Below are positions 21,401 to 34,569 of a stretch of DNA of 64,000 nt, piece after piece (position 1 is the first letter of the stretch; the number at the start of each line of letters is the position of its first letter). Source of the DNA: Sphyrna mokarran (taxonomy: Eukaryota); the NCBI GenBank assembly GCA_024679065.1, contig JAGIQG010000014.1:30690001-30754000 (forward strand), in the 5' to 3' direction. The notes beneath the pieces are model-generated. The model was not told where the DNA came from. It was given only the letters and a program-made list of their open reading frames with translations, and did not search any database. The translations under genes and the position numbers were made by a program.

Positions 21401-21851
21401 ACATGCTGACATGGTCTACCACCTTTTTGCAGTTGTCTTGTGTATTGTTTCCCTTGGACAGTGCTATTCTGTCTCCTTCACTCTGGGGTCTTCTGTTTCC
21501 CTCACTGGGGTCTTCCGTCACCCTTTCTCTGGAATTTTTTTGTCTCCCTCATTTTGGGGTATTATAGTTTCTATTGGAAGTTTTCCAGACCTTTTAAGGT
21601 TTGCAGTTTCTCCGCAACTTGGAGTTTAAAATATTTATCAAAGGTTTTAATATCTCACTAAATATGGTTGAGAATTCATCTATACCTTGGTTTAGGATTA
21701 CTTCATGCACAAATACACCAAACAATTTTAAAAATGTATTGACTTATTCTATTTTAAAACTTAATTTTTACATACTCCTATAATTCAAAAATTTCCTTTT
21801 CCAAGACTCCCAATCCTGGGTCTAGTTTTGTCCTTGCTTTAACCTAAACTG

Positions 21852-22460
21852 TGATGTAGAGATGCTGGTGTTGGGCCGGGGTGGGCATAGTAAGAAGTCT
21901 CACAAGACCAGGTTAAAGTCCAACAGGTTTATTTGGTTTCACAAACTTTTGGGGTGTTGTTCCTTCATAGGTGAGTGGAGAATTGGGTTCATAAACACAG
22001 CATATATAGCCAGAGACTGAATTGCAAGATAATGGTTGGAATGCAAGTCTTAACAGGTAATCAAATCTTTACAGGTACAGACAATATGAATGGAGAGAGG
22101 GATATCAGAGGTTAAAGAGGTGTGAATTCTCTTAAGCCAAGATAGTTAGTAGGATTTTGCAAGCCCCCAGGCCAACTGGTGGGGTTTACACATAGTGTGA
22201 CATGAACCCAAAATCCTGGTTGAGGCTGTCCTCATGTGTGTAGAACTTAGCTATTAGCTTCTGCTCAGCGATTCTGCATTGTCATGTCTTGAAGGCTGCC
22301 TTGGAGAATGCTTATCTGAAAATTGATAAAGGTGAACATCTCACCAAGGCCATCCCAACAGCCCCATTACTTGCCTTCAAACAACCACGCAACCTCAAAT
22401 AGACATTGTTGGCAGCAAACCACCTAGCTTTCAGGAAAACAGTGACCACGACACCACAGG
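21852..22460. mobile_element. Penelope-like element with inverted junction
   Basis: Minus 22320-22195 encodes GIY-YIG C-terminus (SILQG..IAEQKLIAKFYTHEDSLNQDFGFMSHY); plus 22325-22460 encodes RT-EN linker (EHLTKAIPTAPLLAFKQPRNLK). Confidence 0.8.
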
Positions 22461-22914
22461 GAGATAGGAGTGAAATCCAAGATTGCACCATCTGTCAATA
22501 GTGCCACAAGAAGTTGAATGATCTTGCTTAGATGACTTTATCAGTCAATGCATCTTCAGCCTCTCATTCTGCTCAATGCACCATTTCCCATCAATCACCC
22601 AGTTACCTTCCTGACACTCAGAATATATGTCTAACATCCAGATGCTCCACCTCACCTTCACACACATCCAATGACATCAGCTTAACACTCAGATTTTGCT
22701 GCTTCCATATAACCAAGCTATTCAGCTGTCACAAGCACATGATCAAAAAGAAGCAAAATGGATTGGCGGGGGAACAAGGCTGCTCGCATCTCCTGAACCC
22801 CATGGTTGATCGCATCATGGGACATGCTGTAGCAGAGCAATGAACCTTCAATCATGAGCAACATTGAGAATGATTGAATAGAACAAGAACAAAAAAGCAC
22901 AGGAATGATTGTAT

Positions 22915-22966
22915 AGAACAAGAACAAAAAGAACAAAACAGCACAGGAAACAGGCCCTTCGGCCCA
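22915..22966 (-). mobile_element. Isolated CR1 tail of the (TTCTTTG)n type
   Basis: AGAACAAAAAGAACAAAACAGCACAGGAAACAGGCCCTTCGGCCCA. Confidence 0.7.
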
Positions 22967-23171
22967 TAAAAAACTTATTTTTTATGCCACTTCTCAAATC
23001 TAAGTCCACCCTTATGTTGTTGCATGACACGGTGAACAAGTTGCAGATGGTGTGGTCATGGACCTCCTATCACTCCCTCCCACAACCCAGTTTTCTCCTT
23101 CCTTATTTCAGACACCAAGAACTGCTGACTGCTCAGCCACACAACCCAAGAAAGGGAAAGAAACAGCATCT

Positions 23172-23535
23172 TGGACAACATTGTGGCATAGTGGTTAACA
23201 TTGTTGTCTCACAGAACCAGGGAACTGGGTTTGATTCTGGCCTAGGGTGACTGGTGTTCACATGTTCTCCATGTGTCTGCATTTGTTTCCTCCGGGTGCT
23301 CTGGTTTCCTCCCACAGTCCAAAATATGCAGGTTAAGTGGATTGGTCATCTAAATTGCCCTTAGTATCACAAGTAGGTTAGGTGGATTAGCCTTGGGAAG
23401 TGTGCAGGGTTACGGCAATAAGGCAGGGGGTAGGGTAGGGGGCATGAGTGGGCCTGGGTAAGATGCTCTATAGGAGAGCCAGTGTAGAAGCAATGGACAA
23501 AATGGTCTCCATCTTCACTGTAAGGATTCTATGTG
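23172..23535 (+). mobile_element. HE1-like V-SINE
   Basis: Head, V core, tail. Confidence 0.85.
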
Positions 23536-25494
23536 TTTTATAGTTAATATGATGCCCCTCATCATATAATCTGACATTTGCACCACTAGCATTGGCATTG
23601 CACACATCTAAGAGGCTTGTAGATTGAGATCTGCACACGATCATCAGCAATCGGGTTAGGGGGAAAGACAGGTTTTGTGCCAGCTCACCAGAAGGTAAGA
23701 TACTAGATAAGTTCTGCATAAGGGACTCACACCCACACCGCACCCTCCCCAGCCCCCACCACCCAACCTGGCCCTTTTGAAAATACTTTCTGTGCTATAA
23801 TTGTTATGAGAATCCTTAAATATGGCAAGCATATTTTGAATATTAGACAAACGCCCATCTGTTTTGTTGAGTGAGAAAGTCCTATGGCATTTTGTCCGGA
23901 AAGGATCAATGAGGATACCAACTTATTTCCCTCAAATAGAAACAGATTAACTAGCCATTCATTTGATTTATTGTTTATGAGATCTTGCTTGTACAAATTG
24001 CCTCTTACATTTGTTTCCTTACAATGGTATTTCATTAGGTGTAAAACATTTAGGGACATCCAGATGTGTGATAATGCACTCTATATGTACAAGTTTTTTC
24101 ACCTTGATTTTTCTTGCTTTGCATTTTCGGCTATACCTTTTGACCTTGATTTCCCACTTTTCTTTTCCTTCATACCTTTGTTTTATATTTTTTCCCATTC
24201 ACTACTTTTGCACTCCCCTCCCACTCCCCACCAAAGTCACCAAACCATTACCTCATTTATATTTATGCGATTTTGCAATATACAAAGTAACTGTTAGCTT
24301 AGCCTATTTCATGGTCACTGCTTTTGACATCATTTCTTATATATGAAGGACTTAAAGACATTTCTTTCTTCGCACTTTTGAATTTAATTTCATTTTTTCC
24401 CCTTGTTTCTATTTAATTTTATAAGTATTCTTTTCTATAATGGTTGTATTTGTTTATGTCCAACTCCTTTGCTCATGCTTTTACACACAAGATCAACAAT
24501 CTTTCAGGGTTTCAGGACTATATTAGTAAGTTGCAGATCTTTCCATTGGTATATTTCATGATTAATATTTCAAAAGCTACAGTGCATTAATCAAAGTTAC
24601 AAACCTTTCATGCATTTGTAATTTAATAAGAAATCAAGTTAGTCAATGCTGAAGGAAGGTGTTCTGAAAGGAAAATGTATGTAAATTTTCTATAGCAATA
24701 AAAAAACAACAGAGAACCATTAATCCACAATCACGTGATTGCAGGAGGCATTTAAAAGTTCAGAGAAATAATTTAATGTTTTACCAAATCATGTTTTGCA
24801 AAAATCATGCCTGATAATAATGGGAGGTCCTGACAAGTTTCCACACTTACCTTCTTAATCTTTTTTTAATGGTTAGAAATATAATAATTTTTTGTTTTAT
24901 CATGCTGAGGGTGTTTACTTGTGATTACGAGTAATTGTTTTGCTGTAATTCCTACAGGTCAGGCCAGGGAATGACTTTCAAAAGCATTATACATGGAGAA
25001 TTTTAACTGGTAATGTTGGACAGAGCAAAAGGATGGGTGGGAACAGTAGTGGGTGGTAGCCAAGACAACAATCAATATAAGGTCTAGACTATTTTAACTG
25101 CAATTTAAACAAAATCCTGGCTGATACTCCTGTATTCTACCCTCCACTAAGGGTGCCAGATCTCTGGAATGGTCAGTGTTATGTACGTTGGGCATAGCCC
25201 TTTTAAGGAAATGGGTCATTAGAGCTGAGGTGTGGGTTGAGTTGTTGGGATCCACCCAGAAAGGCAGTCTACATTTGGATTGTGGAGCAAGTAGATGAAA
25301 TTAAGAGTTGTATTCCCTGACACCTGATTGTAGAGTGGTTATTGAGGAGAAGCCTCAGTACAACAGGATTTAACAGCCAGGAATGCACTGGAATCAGTAT
25401 GCATCTCTTGATGGCCAAAGAAAGCATTTGGAAAATTGGAATCTGCCAGCTTCCTTGTTTGACAATATTCATCCTGTGTGATTGTGTCATCACA

Positions 25495-25700
25495 ATCCAT
25501 ACAGTCTAAAGATGTGCGAGTTATGTTGGATGGCCATGCTAAAATTGTCCTTTAGTGTTCTGAGATGTGCAAGTTAGAGAGATTAGTGGCTAAATGTGTA
25601 TGGATATGGGGATAGGACCTGGATGGGATTGTGGTCATGCAGACTCAATGAGCCAAATGGCATCCTTCTGCACTATGGCATTTCTATGATTTCTATGATC
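25495..25700 (+). mobile_element. HE1-like V-SINE 3' half
   Basis: CAGTCTAAAGATGTGCG..GGCCATGCTAAAATTG..(TTCTATGAT)2. Confidence 0.8.
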
Positions 25701-26139
25701 ACGTGCCACCACATCAGGGATGAAGGGAGCAAGGCAAGTGGAAGAAACTCTCTTTGTTAGTTTGGTAGCTGACACTGCTGTTGTGGGACCCATGCCCTTT
25801 GCTTGCATTGTCAATAATCAAACATTCCTTAAAATGGTCTCTGGAGGCTTTTCAAGAAAAGGTCCTTAATTTTTTCTTCACAGAAGGCTTTTGATGAGAT
25901 CTGATGGAGACACAATGCCAGTGTGTTTGCACCCCCAAATTTAGTTGCTGTGTGCACCCAATTTCTTCAATCAAAGGATCACAGAAAATTTATGGCACAA
26001 AAAGAGGTCACTCGACCCATCATGTCTTCACTGGCCGATGAATGAGCAACCTAGCCTCATCTCACTTTTCAACATTTGGCCTGTGACCCTACGGGTTATG
26101 GCATTCAAATACATATCCAGAAAGACATTATATGGCTGT

Positions 26140-27668
26140 TTAGAGTAAGAGGTCTGTGAGAGCATGCCTTCCACCCGAGAAGCCTCAAGGTCGCCATCGC
26201 AGACATTAGAGCAGCTTTCTTGAAAAACAACTGGCCCAGATGAGCTATACGGACAAGCATTCAGATCCTGCATGGACCTGCTGGCAGGAATATTCACAGA
26301 CATCTTTAACCTCTCTTTATACCAATCTGACGTCCCTATCTGTTTCAAGAAGACGACCATCATCCCTGTACCATAGAAAAGCCAGGCAACATGCCTTAAT
26401 GAATTACACCCCGTGCCTCTGACACCCATCATTATAAAGTGCTTTGAAAAGTTAGTCATAGCATGAATCAATTCTGGCCTACCAGAGTATCTGGATCCAC
26501 TATAGTTCACCTATTGCCACAATAAGTCCACAGCAGATGCCATCTCCCTGGCCCTACTCTCAACCCTGGAACACTTGGATAACAAAGACACCTATGTCAC
26601 TTATTCATTGACTATAGTTCAGTCTTCAACACCATTAATCCTACAAAATTCATCTTTAAACTCCATGGCCTGGGGATCGGCTTCTCCCTCTCCAACTGCA
26701 TGCTAAATGTCCTAACTCAGAGATTGCAATTAATAAGGATAGACAAGAACATCTCCTCCATAATCATCCACAATACTGGTGCCCCACAAGGCTGTATCCT
26801 CAGTCCCTTACTACACACCTTTTAAACCTATGACTGTGTAGCCAAATTCCCCCCAGCTCAATTTTCAAGTTTGCTCATGACACCACTGTAGTGGGTCGGA
26901 TCTAAAAAATGACGAGACGGATGTAAAAAAAGGGCATAGAATGCCTGTCTAGATGCGTATCTCTTCTTTAATGTCAACAAAATGAAGGAAATAGTCATCG
27001 CCTTCAGGGAACATAGTGAAGGACATATCCCTGTCTTCTTCAACAGGGATGAAGTGGAAATGGTTGAGAGCTTCAAGCTTGCAGATGTCCAAATCAACAA
27101 CAACCTATCCTGACCCCTCCATGCTGATGCAGTAGTTAAGAAAGCTGACCAACTATCTCCTATGGAAGCTAAGGAACATTAGTATGTCCCACCAACTTTT
27201 ACAGATGCACCATAGAAAGCAGTCTATCTGATTGTATCAAAGCTTGGTGTGGTTCTATGCAAGACCGCAAGAAACTACAAAGGGTCCAGAATGAAGCCCA
27301 ATCCATCATGCAAATCAGCCTCCTATCCATTAACACCATTTACACTTCCTGCTGCCTTAGAAAAGCAGCTAGCATAATCAAGGACCCCATGCACTCAGGA
27401 GCGACTCTCTTCCACCTTCTTCCACTGGGAAAAAGATACAAATGTCTGAGAGCATATACCAACTGACTCAAGGGCAGCTTCTTCCCTGCTGCCTTCAGAT
27501 TTTTGAATCAACCTATCTTATATTAGGTTGTTCTTTCTCAACACCTTAGCTATGACTATAACACTACATTCTGCCCTCTCTCCTTTCGTTTGTCTGCTTT
27601 GTCTGTATAGAACGCAAGAAACAATACTTTTCACTGTATGCTAATACCTGTGATAATAAATCAAATCT
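26140..27668 (+). mobile_element. Rex1-like LINE RT and 3' UTR, decayed
   Basis: [51 protein letters not shown]. Confidence 0.88.
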
Positions 27669-27669
27669 G

Positions 27670-30600
27670 ACACCTTTTAAACAATAAACACTAATCTATC
27701 TCAACTACCCTTTTAGGCAATGAGTTCCAGTCTCCAAAAAGCTTCTGCATAAAAATATTCTTTTTGTTTTCCCTCTAATTTTTCTGCAGTCACTTTAAAT
27801 CTATGCCCTGTAGTCATTGCTAAAATAAATAGACCCTTTCTGTCATTCCTACTCAGGTCCTTCACAATTTTGTACATCTTAATCATATTTCCCTTCAGTC
27901 TCCTCTGCTTCAAGGAGAACAATCCCAGCACACCTAATTTTTCATCATAGCTGCAATTTTCCAGTCCTGGTGAAGTCTTTATAAATCTTCTCTGTATCCT
28001 CGCTATTGCAATTACTCATGTACACTCAGAACTCCTTGAATCTCCCCTTTCAATGTTTTCTACTACTATAACACTGATTTACTTTAAAGTCACCATTTTT
28101 AGTTCATTTTTGTTCAATTAATCTTCAACTTAGCAAAATTGGCCTTACAGCAATTTAAAACTTTATTCCCTCTTTATCTTTGTCTTTTGCCATAATTATT
28201 TGAAAAATAACTGAATTATAATCACTACCACCAAAATTCTCTCCCACTGACACTTCTTTCATCTGCCAGCTTCATTCCCTAGAACTAATTCCAGAATGCA
28301 TCTTAAGAATTCTGTTCCCTCCATTCCTTTCGTGCTAAAATTATTCTAGTTAATACCGGCATAGTTAAAATTCCCTGCTATTACTGCCCTATTGTGTTCA
28401 CACTTCTCAGAGAATTGCCTATATATTTTCTTTTCAGGTGCAAGACTGGGCAGAGAAGTAGCAGATAGACTTCAACCCAGATAAATGTGTAGTGGTACAT
28501 TTTGGCAGGTCAAATGAGATGAAGGAATACACTATTGAGGGTGAGACTCTTAGCAGTGTGGAAGATCAGAAGGATCTTGTGGTCCAGGTTCATAGGACTC
28601 TCAAATCGGCTTTGCAGGTAGAGGATGCAGTTAAGAAGGTGTATGGTGTACTGGCCTTCATCAATCGAGGAATTGAGTTTAGGAGTCAAGAGATAATGCT
28701 GCAGCTGTATAAGACTCTGGTCAGACCACACTTGGAGTACTGTGCTCAGTTCTGATTGCCTCATTACAGAAAGGAAATGGAAGCCTTTGAAAGGGTGCAG
28801 AGGAGATTTACAAGGATGCTACCTGGATTGGGTGGCATGCCTTATGAGGATAGGTTGAGAGAGCTCGGTCTTTTCTCCTTAGAGGGACGTAGGATGAGAG
28901 GGGACCTGATAGAGGTGTACAAGATGATGAAAGGTATCGATCAGAGGCTTTTCCCCAGGGCTGAAATAGCTGCCACAAGAGGACACAGGCTTAAGGTGCT
29001 GGGGAGCAGGTATAGAGCAGATGTCAGGGATAAGTTTTTCACTCAGAGGGTGGTGGGTGAGTGGAATCAGTTGCCATTGGTAGTGATGGAGGCAAATTTG
29101 TTAGGATTTTTTAAAAGACTTCTGGATGATTACATGGAACTTAATAGGATTGAGGGTTATAGGTAAGCCTAGTAGGCAGCGATATGATTGGTACAACTTG
29201 TGGGCCGAAGGGCCTGTTTGTGCTGTAGTTTTTCCATGATTCTATGATTCTAAATGTCTCTCTTGTTAGACTTGATGCATACTGGCCAAAAGATTCTCCT
29301 GAATGCACCTTAAGAATTCTGTTCCCTCCATTCCTTTCATGCTAAAATTATCCTAGTTTATACTGGCATAGTTAAAATTCCCTGCTATTACTGCCCTATT
29401 ATTTTCACACTTCTCAGAGAATTGCTTACATATTTTCTCTTCAGGCTCCTTTTGACTGTTTAGAGGTCTTTTGCATACACTTGTGACAGCCCCTTTTTTG
29501 TTCCTATGTTCAATCCATTCATTGTCAATTGATGATTTTAACATATCATCCCTCCTTACAGCTGTAATTGCTTCTCTAACCAAAATTGCCGCCCCCTCTC
29601 CCTTTTTATCTCTCGCTCTATCTCATCTGGAAACCCTGTAGTCAGGAATTTGAGCTGCCATTCTTGTCCTTTTTTCAGCTATGTTTCTGTAATATCTGTG
29701 ATATGATAATGCCACATTTCTGTCTGTGGCCTTAGCTTGTCTGCTTTATCTGCTATACTCCTTGCATTGAAGTATATACCTTTGAGCACTGTCAAATTCA
29801 CTTTTTTATTTTCTGTCTTTTGTTTCTTCTGTCTTTTAGATTCACTCATTGATTTTCTTTTTGCCTTCAATTACAACTTCTACTTCTGTCCCCCTTAAAT
29901 CTATCCTCAGTTTTCCATTATCCTGCTAAATCTGTTTAAATCCTCCCCAACAACATGTTGGTTCCAGCCGTATTGAGGAGCAAACTGTTCAGCTTGTCTA
30001 CATCATTTCTCCAGCCACATATTCATCATCTCTAACCTCTATTTCAGTTTTCAACAGTGCATGACATTGGTAATAACCCAGAGATTAGTATTAAACTGCA
30101 TTTTAATGTTTTACTTAACTCTGCAAAATCTGCTTCCAGGACCTCATCCTTTTCCTATCAATGTCGTTAGTCCAATGTGAGCAAAGACCTCTGGCTGTTC
30201 ACCCCACCACCTCTCTTCAGAATATCTTTAGCTGCTCTATGATATCCTTGAGTAAGGTCTATGCTTGCAGAAACGCTCCTCTAACTATGGAATCCCCCCA
30301 CCACTGTTCCTCTTGCACTCTTCTCCCTCTTCATCTACACAGCTGAGCCACCCGTAGTATCCCAAACTTGTCCCTTGTTGTACTCTCCTGAAGAATCGTC
30401 CAACATGGAAAATTGAATTGTAACTGAGACAGACTCAGATGATTCCTGCATTACTTACCTGGTCTTCCTAAACTTTCCGGTGGCAACGCATTCACTTCCT
30501 GCCTGCACACTCCTAATCTGCACCGTGACAATCTCTCAAAACATTTATCTATGTAGTCCTTAGTGGCGTGCAAGTGCAACGGTGACTATACCCCTGCTCG

Positions 30601-30720
30601 AGTTCTAAAATCCAGAGCTCAGATTACTGCAGCTGATGACACATGTGATTGTCTAGGCCGTGTGAAGTATCCACATCTTCCCATATGTTAAAGGATGATC
30701 ATTCCATATAGATGAGCTTC
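27670..30720 (-). mobile_element. Old CR1 with ORF1, endonuclease and 3' remnants (RT largely deleted)
   Basis: IYFNARSIADKAD (29679-29870 -), AVIAGNFNY, ORF1 zinc-finger relic near 30600-30710, LGLFSLKQRRL (27713-27931 -). Confidence 0.7.
28439..29252 (+). mobile_element. 5'-truncated CR1 nested in the older CR1
   Basis: ORFs 28492-28755 and 28756-29166; tail GGGCCGAAGGGCCTG..(ATGATTCT)n. Confidence 0.9.
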
Positions 30721-31052
30721 TCTGCTATACATTAAGCCAAGGTTTACCAAATCTTTCCAACCACAAAACCATTTGACCTTCCAAGATACTTACAGAATCC
30801 CAAAGAAACATACTTACTAGATTGAAGAGTTAAATCGTAAAAATGATTATTGTTACACAATGGATACAAGTATACAAAAACAAATGTATAAATTTTTTTT
30901 CCATTTCTTATGTGTTTACATATATTGAACAAATACTTCCAGGTCTTATCTTTTTGTCATTTTTAATGGGATTGATTTAATGGGATTGACGCTGATCCTT
31001 TGTTCACAAATTAATTTAATACTGGAAGTACAGCTGGGGAGTTGGATTCTCA

Positions 31053-31072
31053 ACACACACACACACACACAC
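31053..31072. repeat. (AC)10 microsatellite
   Basis: Read directly. Confidence 0.95.
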
Positions 31073-31197
31073 CTTCAGACACTATGCAGCCTTTGTTTGT
31101 TGATCTTTCTCTTCATAGTTGAATGCATCTGAATTATTCAACATTGTTTCCAACTTGAGAGCATTTAGCTGTTTTGAAGTTGCCTGCACCTTTCTGC

Positions 31198-31353
31198 AGT
31201 AAGAGGTCTGACAACACCAATTTTAAATCAGGCGAAGGCACAAAGGCCTAAAGCTAGCAAGTTTACTATCAAATAAATCGGTTGGATTTAAAATTGGTGT
31301 TGTCAGACGTCTTACTGAGTTTACCCCAGTCCAACGCCGGCATCTCTACATCA
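31198..31353. mobile_element. Penelope-like terminal remnant with partial inverted repeat
   Basis: AGTAAGAGGTCTGACAACACCAATTTTAAATC / GATTTAAAATTGGTGTTGTCAGACGTCTTACT; ends CCAACGCCGGCATCTCTACATCA. Confidence 0.75.
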
Positions 31354-32714
31354 TGGCTTCCTTCAGTCACAGCTGCAGCCACCTTCAAAAGCAGTTAAGT
31401 GCTTTCAGTTCTTCTTTTGTGTAAACTTATGGTTAGGAACAATGGGGAGTATGTGAGACACATTCAATTAGGAAAAGATCAACAAACAAAGCTGACTGAT
31501 GCCTAAAAAACGTAAAGTGTCAATCAAATGTGAGGTAAAAGGAATGGACTGAAATGGAATGGAAACATATGAGTGGTTTCAAAACCTTTGAGCTTTCTAT
31601 GAAGGCTCAAAGATTTGATTAAAAAATGAGGCTATGACCAACTGTGAAAAAGGGACTTCCTCTTTCTAGCAATGAAAACAGTAATCTTTCTGTTATTGGA
31701 GGGGAGAGGTGGCAGTGGGGGATGCTCCTCTGTGATAAAGGGTTAGTGGTGCTCCCCTGAATCAGTGACTGGGATGGGGGAATGCTGGTTCACCATTTCC
31801 ATTGTGTGGGAGAGAAGGGCCTGTCTGTTAGCACAGAGCGCCCCAATCTCTGAACAGCCAACTGATGGAGATGTTTCCCACAATGCACAAATTTGCAACA
31901 ATTAAGTCGGAGAAACCCATCTCACAGCCATTGTTCCGTCAATAGGAAACATTTTGATTTTCTTGCTAGCCTGGGCACTTAGAGCTGATTCAGGAGAATG
32001 GGAGCACAATACCTGAGCTGTCAAAACATCGTATTTATGAAAGCTAGTTTATTGATTCAGAGTTCTTTCTCGTGGGGTGTAGGACTGGTAAAGGAGAGTC
32101 AGTTAATGCAGAAACGTGCTTATAGCAAATTTGAGAGGAATGAGCAAGTCATGAATTGCACAATTAACTCCTTCCTAAAATCCTCACCTGTAAAATGTTG
32201 TTCTGCCCTTCCTCTCTGCCTGAATGATCTGAGTCAGATTAGGAGAGATAACAGTTCTGTTCCTCCTCCACGAGCCTCTTTCAATATTGAGGGAGGTGCA
32301 TAATCCCACCACTCTGTGAAATGCAGTCAGGGTTGTTTTGAAACTCCAAGAATGGCATTGGCTATATGCTATGTGGGTGTGGAAAGAAAAAATAGATTCA
32401 GAAAAATGCACTTTCCAAGGTCTCTGGGGGAAACCCGAAAATATATCAACAAGACCCTTTAACTATGGCTCTTCAATCAAACTTTGAAAGGTACCAACTA
32501 TATGTCTTTTTGGAGAATCTGTCATGTTGATGTGAACCAGACTTCTCACCATGAAAAACCTACCGACTCCTTAACATAAAAAAAACTCCCCTAATGCTAC
32601 ATCACTTCATCAAGCATGACAAAATACTGAACATCAGTTTCTTTGTTCCTATGTAAAACTGCTTGAAAATTATAGAGCACACTCAATTTTCCAAAATATA
32701 TTCCTGTTGAATAT

Positions 32715-32870
32715 AGCTCTAGTGGTGTAGTGGTAACATTTCTATTCTGCGTCAGAAGTTCCGGATTCAAGTCCCATGTCAGGACTTGTTGGCCGCAGCA
32801 AGTGCATTCATGATATGGTTCAACAAACTGATAATCAGCCCAGGAATCCTTCCACCCTTCCCTACCATTG
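32715..32870 (+). mobile_element. Old tRNA-derived SINE head
   Basis: A-box-like TGGTGTAGTGG and B-box-like GATTCAAGTCC. Confidence 0.45.
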
Positions 32871-33849
32871 CCCAAAAAAATAGTTTGTGAAGGTATGCTG
32901 AAGAAAGCTCAAAACCGCCATGACAGAAGTTTAAAATGTCTATTTCTTTGAATCAACAGCTGTGTATAAGCAGCTGCTGTCCCCTGAACTTTTCACAGAG
33001 TAATGTACATACTGTGGCAATATTTTACTAAATTCCGTCTACTTTACTATCATGGATCAATCCACTGTAAAGTCAGTCAGCATTTTAAGTGCTAAATTCA
33101 TCAGGCTATTTAAGGAAGAAAGGAGGGCAAATTCAACTTGTGCTAGTTTCTGCAGCACAAAATAGGTAGTGTGATCTGAATGTGCACCAAGTGAGGGAAA
33201 GGTATTCAAGAAGTTAGTGATGATGGCCTCATTTATTCATGATTGCTTGAGCTACCACTGATAATTGTTCTACTTTTTGGCAGCTCACCAACTGTGGCTG
33301 CTGTGTTATTGAGAGCAATCAGACATCAGTAATGCAATTTAAATCCAGCCTGCACTACTTAAAAGGGAAGTACACTCAGATAACGGTCAACTGAATAAAA
33401 GTTATGTAGGCAAAATACCAGACGTGCTACAGGAAGGGTAACTATTCAGTTTTGCTATTTTGAAGGTACTTTTTCTTGTAGTCATAAAAGAACATTACAA
33501 AGCATTTCAAAATGGCCATCACAGGTAGTGCAGTGACATTAACATTTTCCGTATAGATCATGTTGCACCTTGAGGTGTTTCAACATAATAAAAAGAATAT
33601 TACAAACATTTCAAAATAATCCTTAAGAAAGTGAAATGGTTTTCAAGTTATCTACATCATTCGAGTTGTACTCTGAGATGCTACAATACAATTGTGGTAA
33701 CTTATAATATTTATGACATATATATATTCATTAAGAGTCATACAGGCCAGGAGTTCTATATAGTTTCAGCCTTTTGTTGCACTATGGCACAAAGGCCTCA
33801 GACAGTGACCATTCTGTACTGCACTTCTGCAGCAACTGCCCAAGCTTTA

Positions 33850-34460
33850 GTGCATCCTTCAGCACTTAGTCCTGGACATTGGAATGTGCCAGTCTGCAAC
33901 ACTTCTAACATCCTTTCCTTACTTACTATCTTCAAGACTGAAAAGCTTGATCCTAATTTAAGAGCCATAAATTTCTAGAATCATATTTTGGGTAGTAATC
34001 TTTGATGTGACACCTTGTCAAATGCCTTCCAGAGATCTAAGTACAGCACATCCTTAAAGGTTTGCTTATAACCACATTGCTTGTTACTTTTTCAAAAAAT
34101 TCCAATTAGTCAAACATGATTTCCTTTTCACAAAACAATCCTGAATCTGCCTGATTGTGCTGAGATTTTCTAAGTGCCCCACTGTAATCTCTTTCATAAT
34201 AGATACAATATCCCTAAGACAGATGTTGAGCTAATGGCCAGTTGTATCCAGATTTATATATTCCTCCTTTCTTGAACAGAAGAGCCATGTTGTCTATTTG
34301 TAATTTGATGAGACCTTTCTGGAATCTTATAAAGCCTTTATAATTCATCTCGTTTATGTTTAAAATGTGAGTTTGAGATACACTCTTCTTTCTCTCAAAT
34401 TGAATGAGAAATTCAATAATATTTGGTTCATTGCTACCTAAATGTGCTTTCAGTATAGGA
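33850..34460 (-). mobile_element. Decayed CR1 ORF2 fragments
   Basis: Antisense of LDLWKAFDKVSH (TGTGACACCTTGTCAAATGCCTTCCAGAGATCTAAG). Confidence 0.6.
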
Positions 34461-34569
34461 CCCTGGCTTATTGTACATTCAGGAGTGTAAGGATTACAAA
34501 TAAAGAGTGTAATGGAATATTCTCTACTTGCCTGGATAAGTGCAACTCCAACAACATTCAAGAAGCTTT

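Noticed and set aside
20200-21783. Hydrophobic F/L/S-rich plus-strand ORFs resembling membrane proteins
   Set aside because: They are the antisense shadow of the K/E-rich coiled-coil relic
24958-25009. Exon-like segment VRPGNDFQKHYTWRILT with AG/GT ends
   Set aside because: The donor overlaps a GGAGAATTTTAAC MITE-like terminus; no recognisable protein or partner exons
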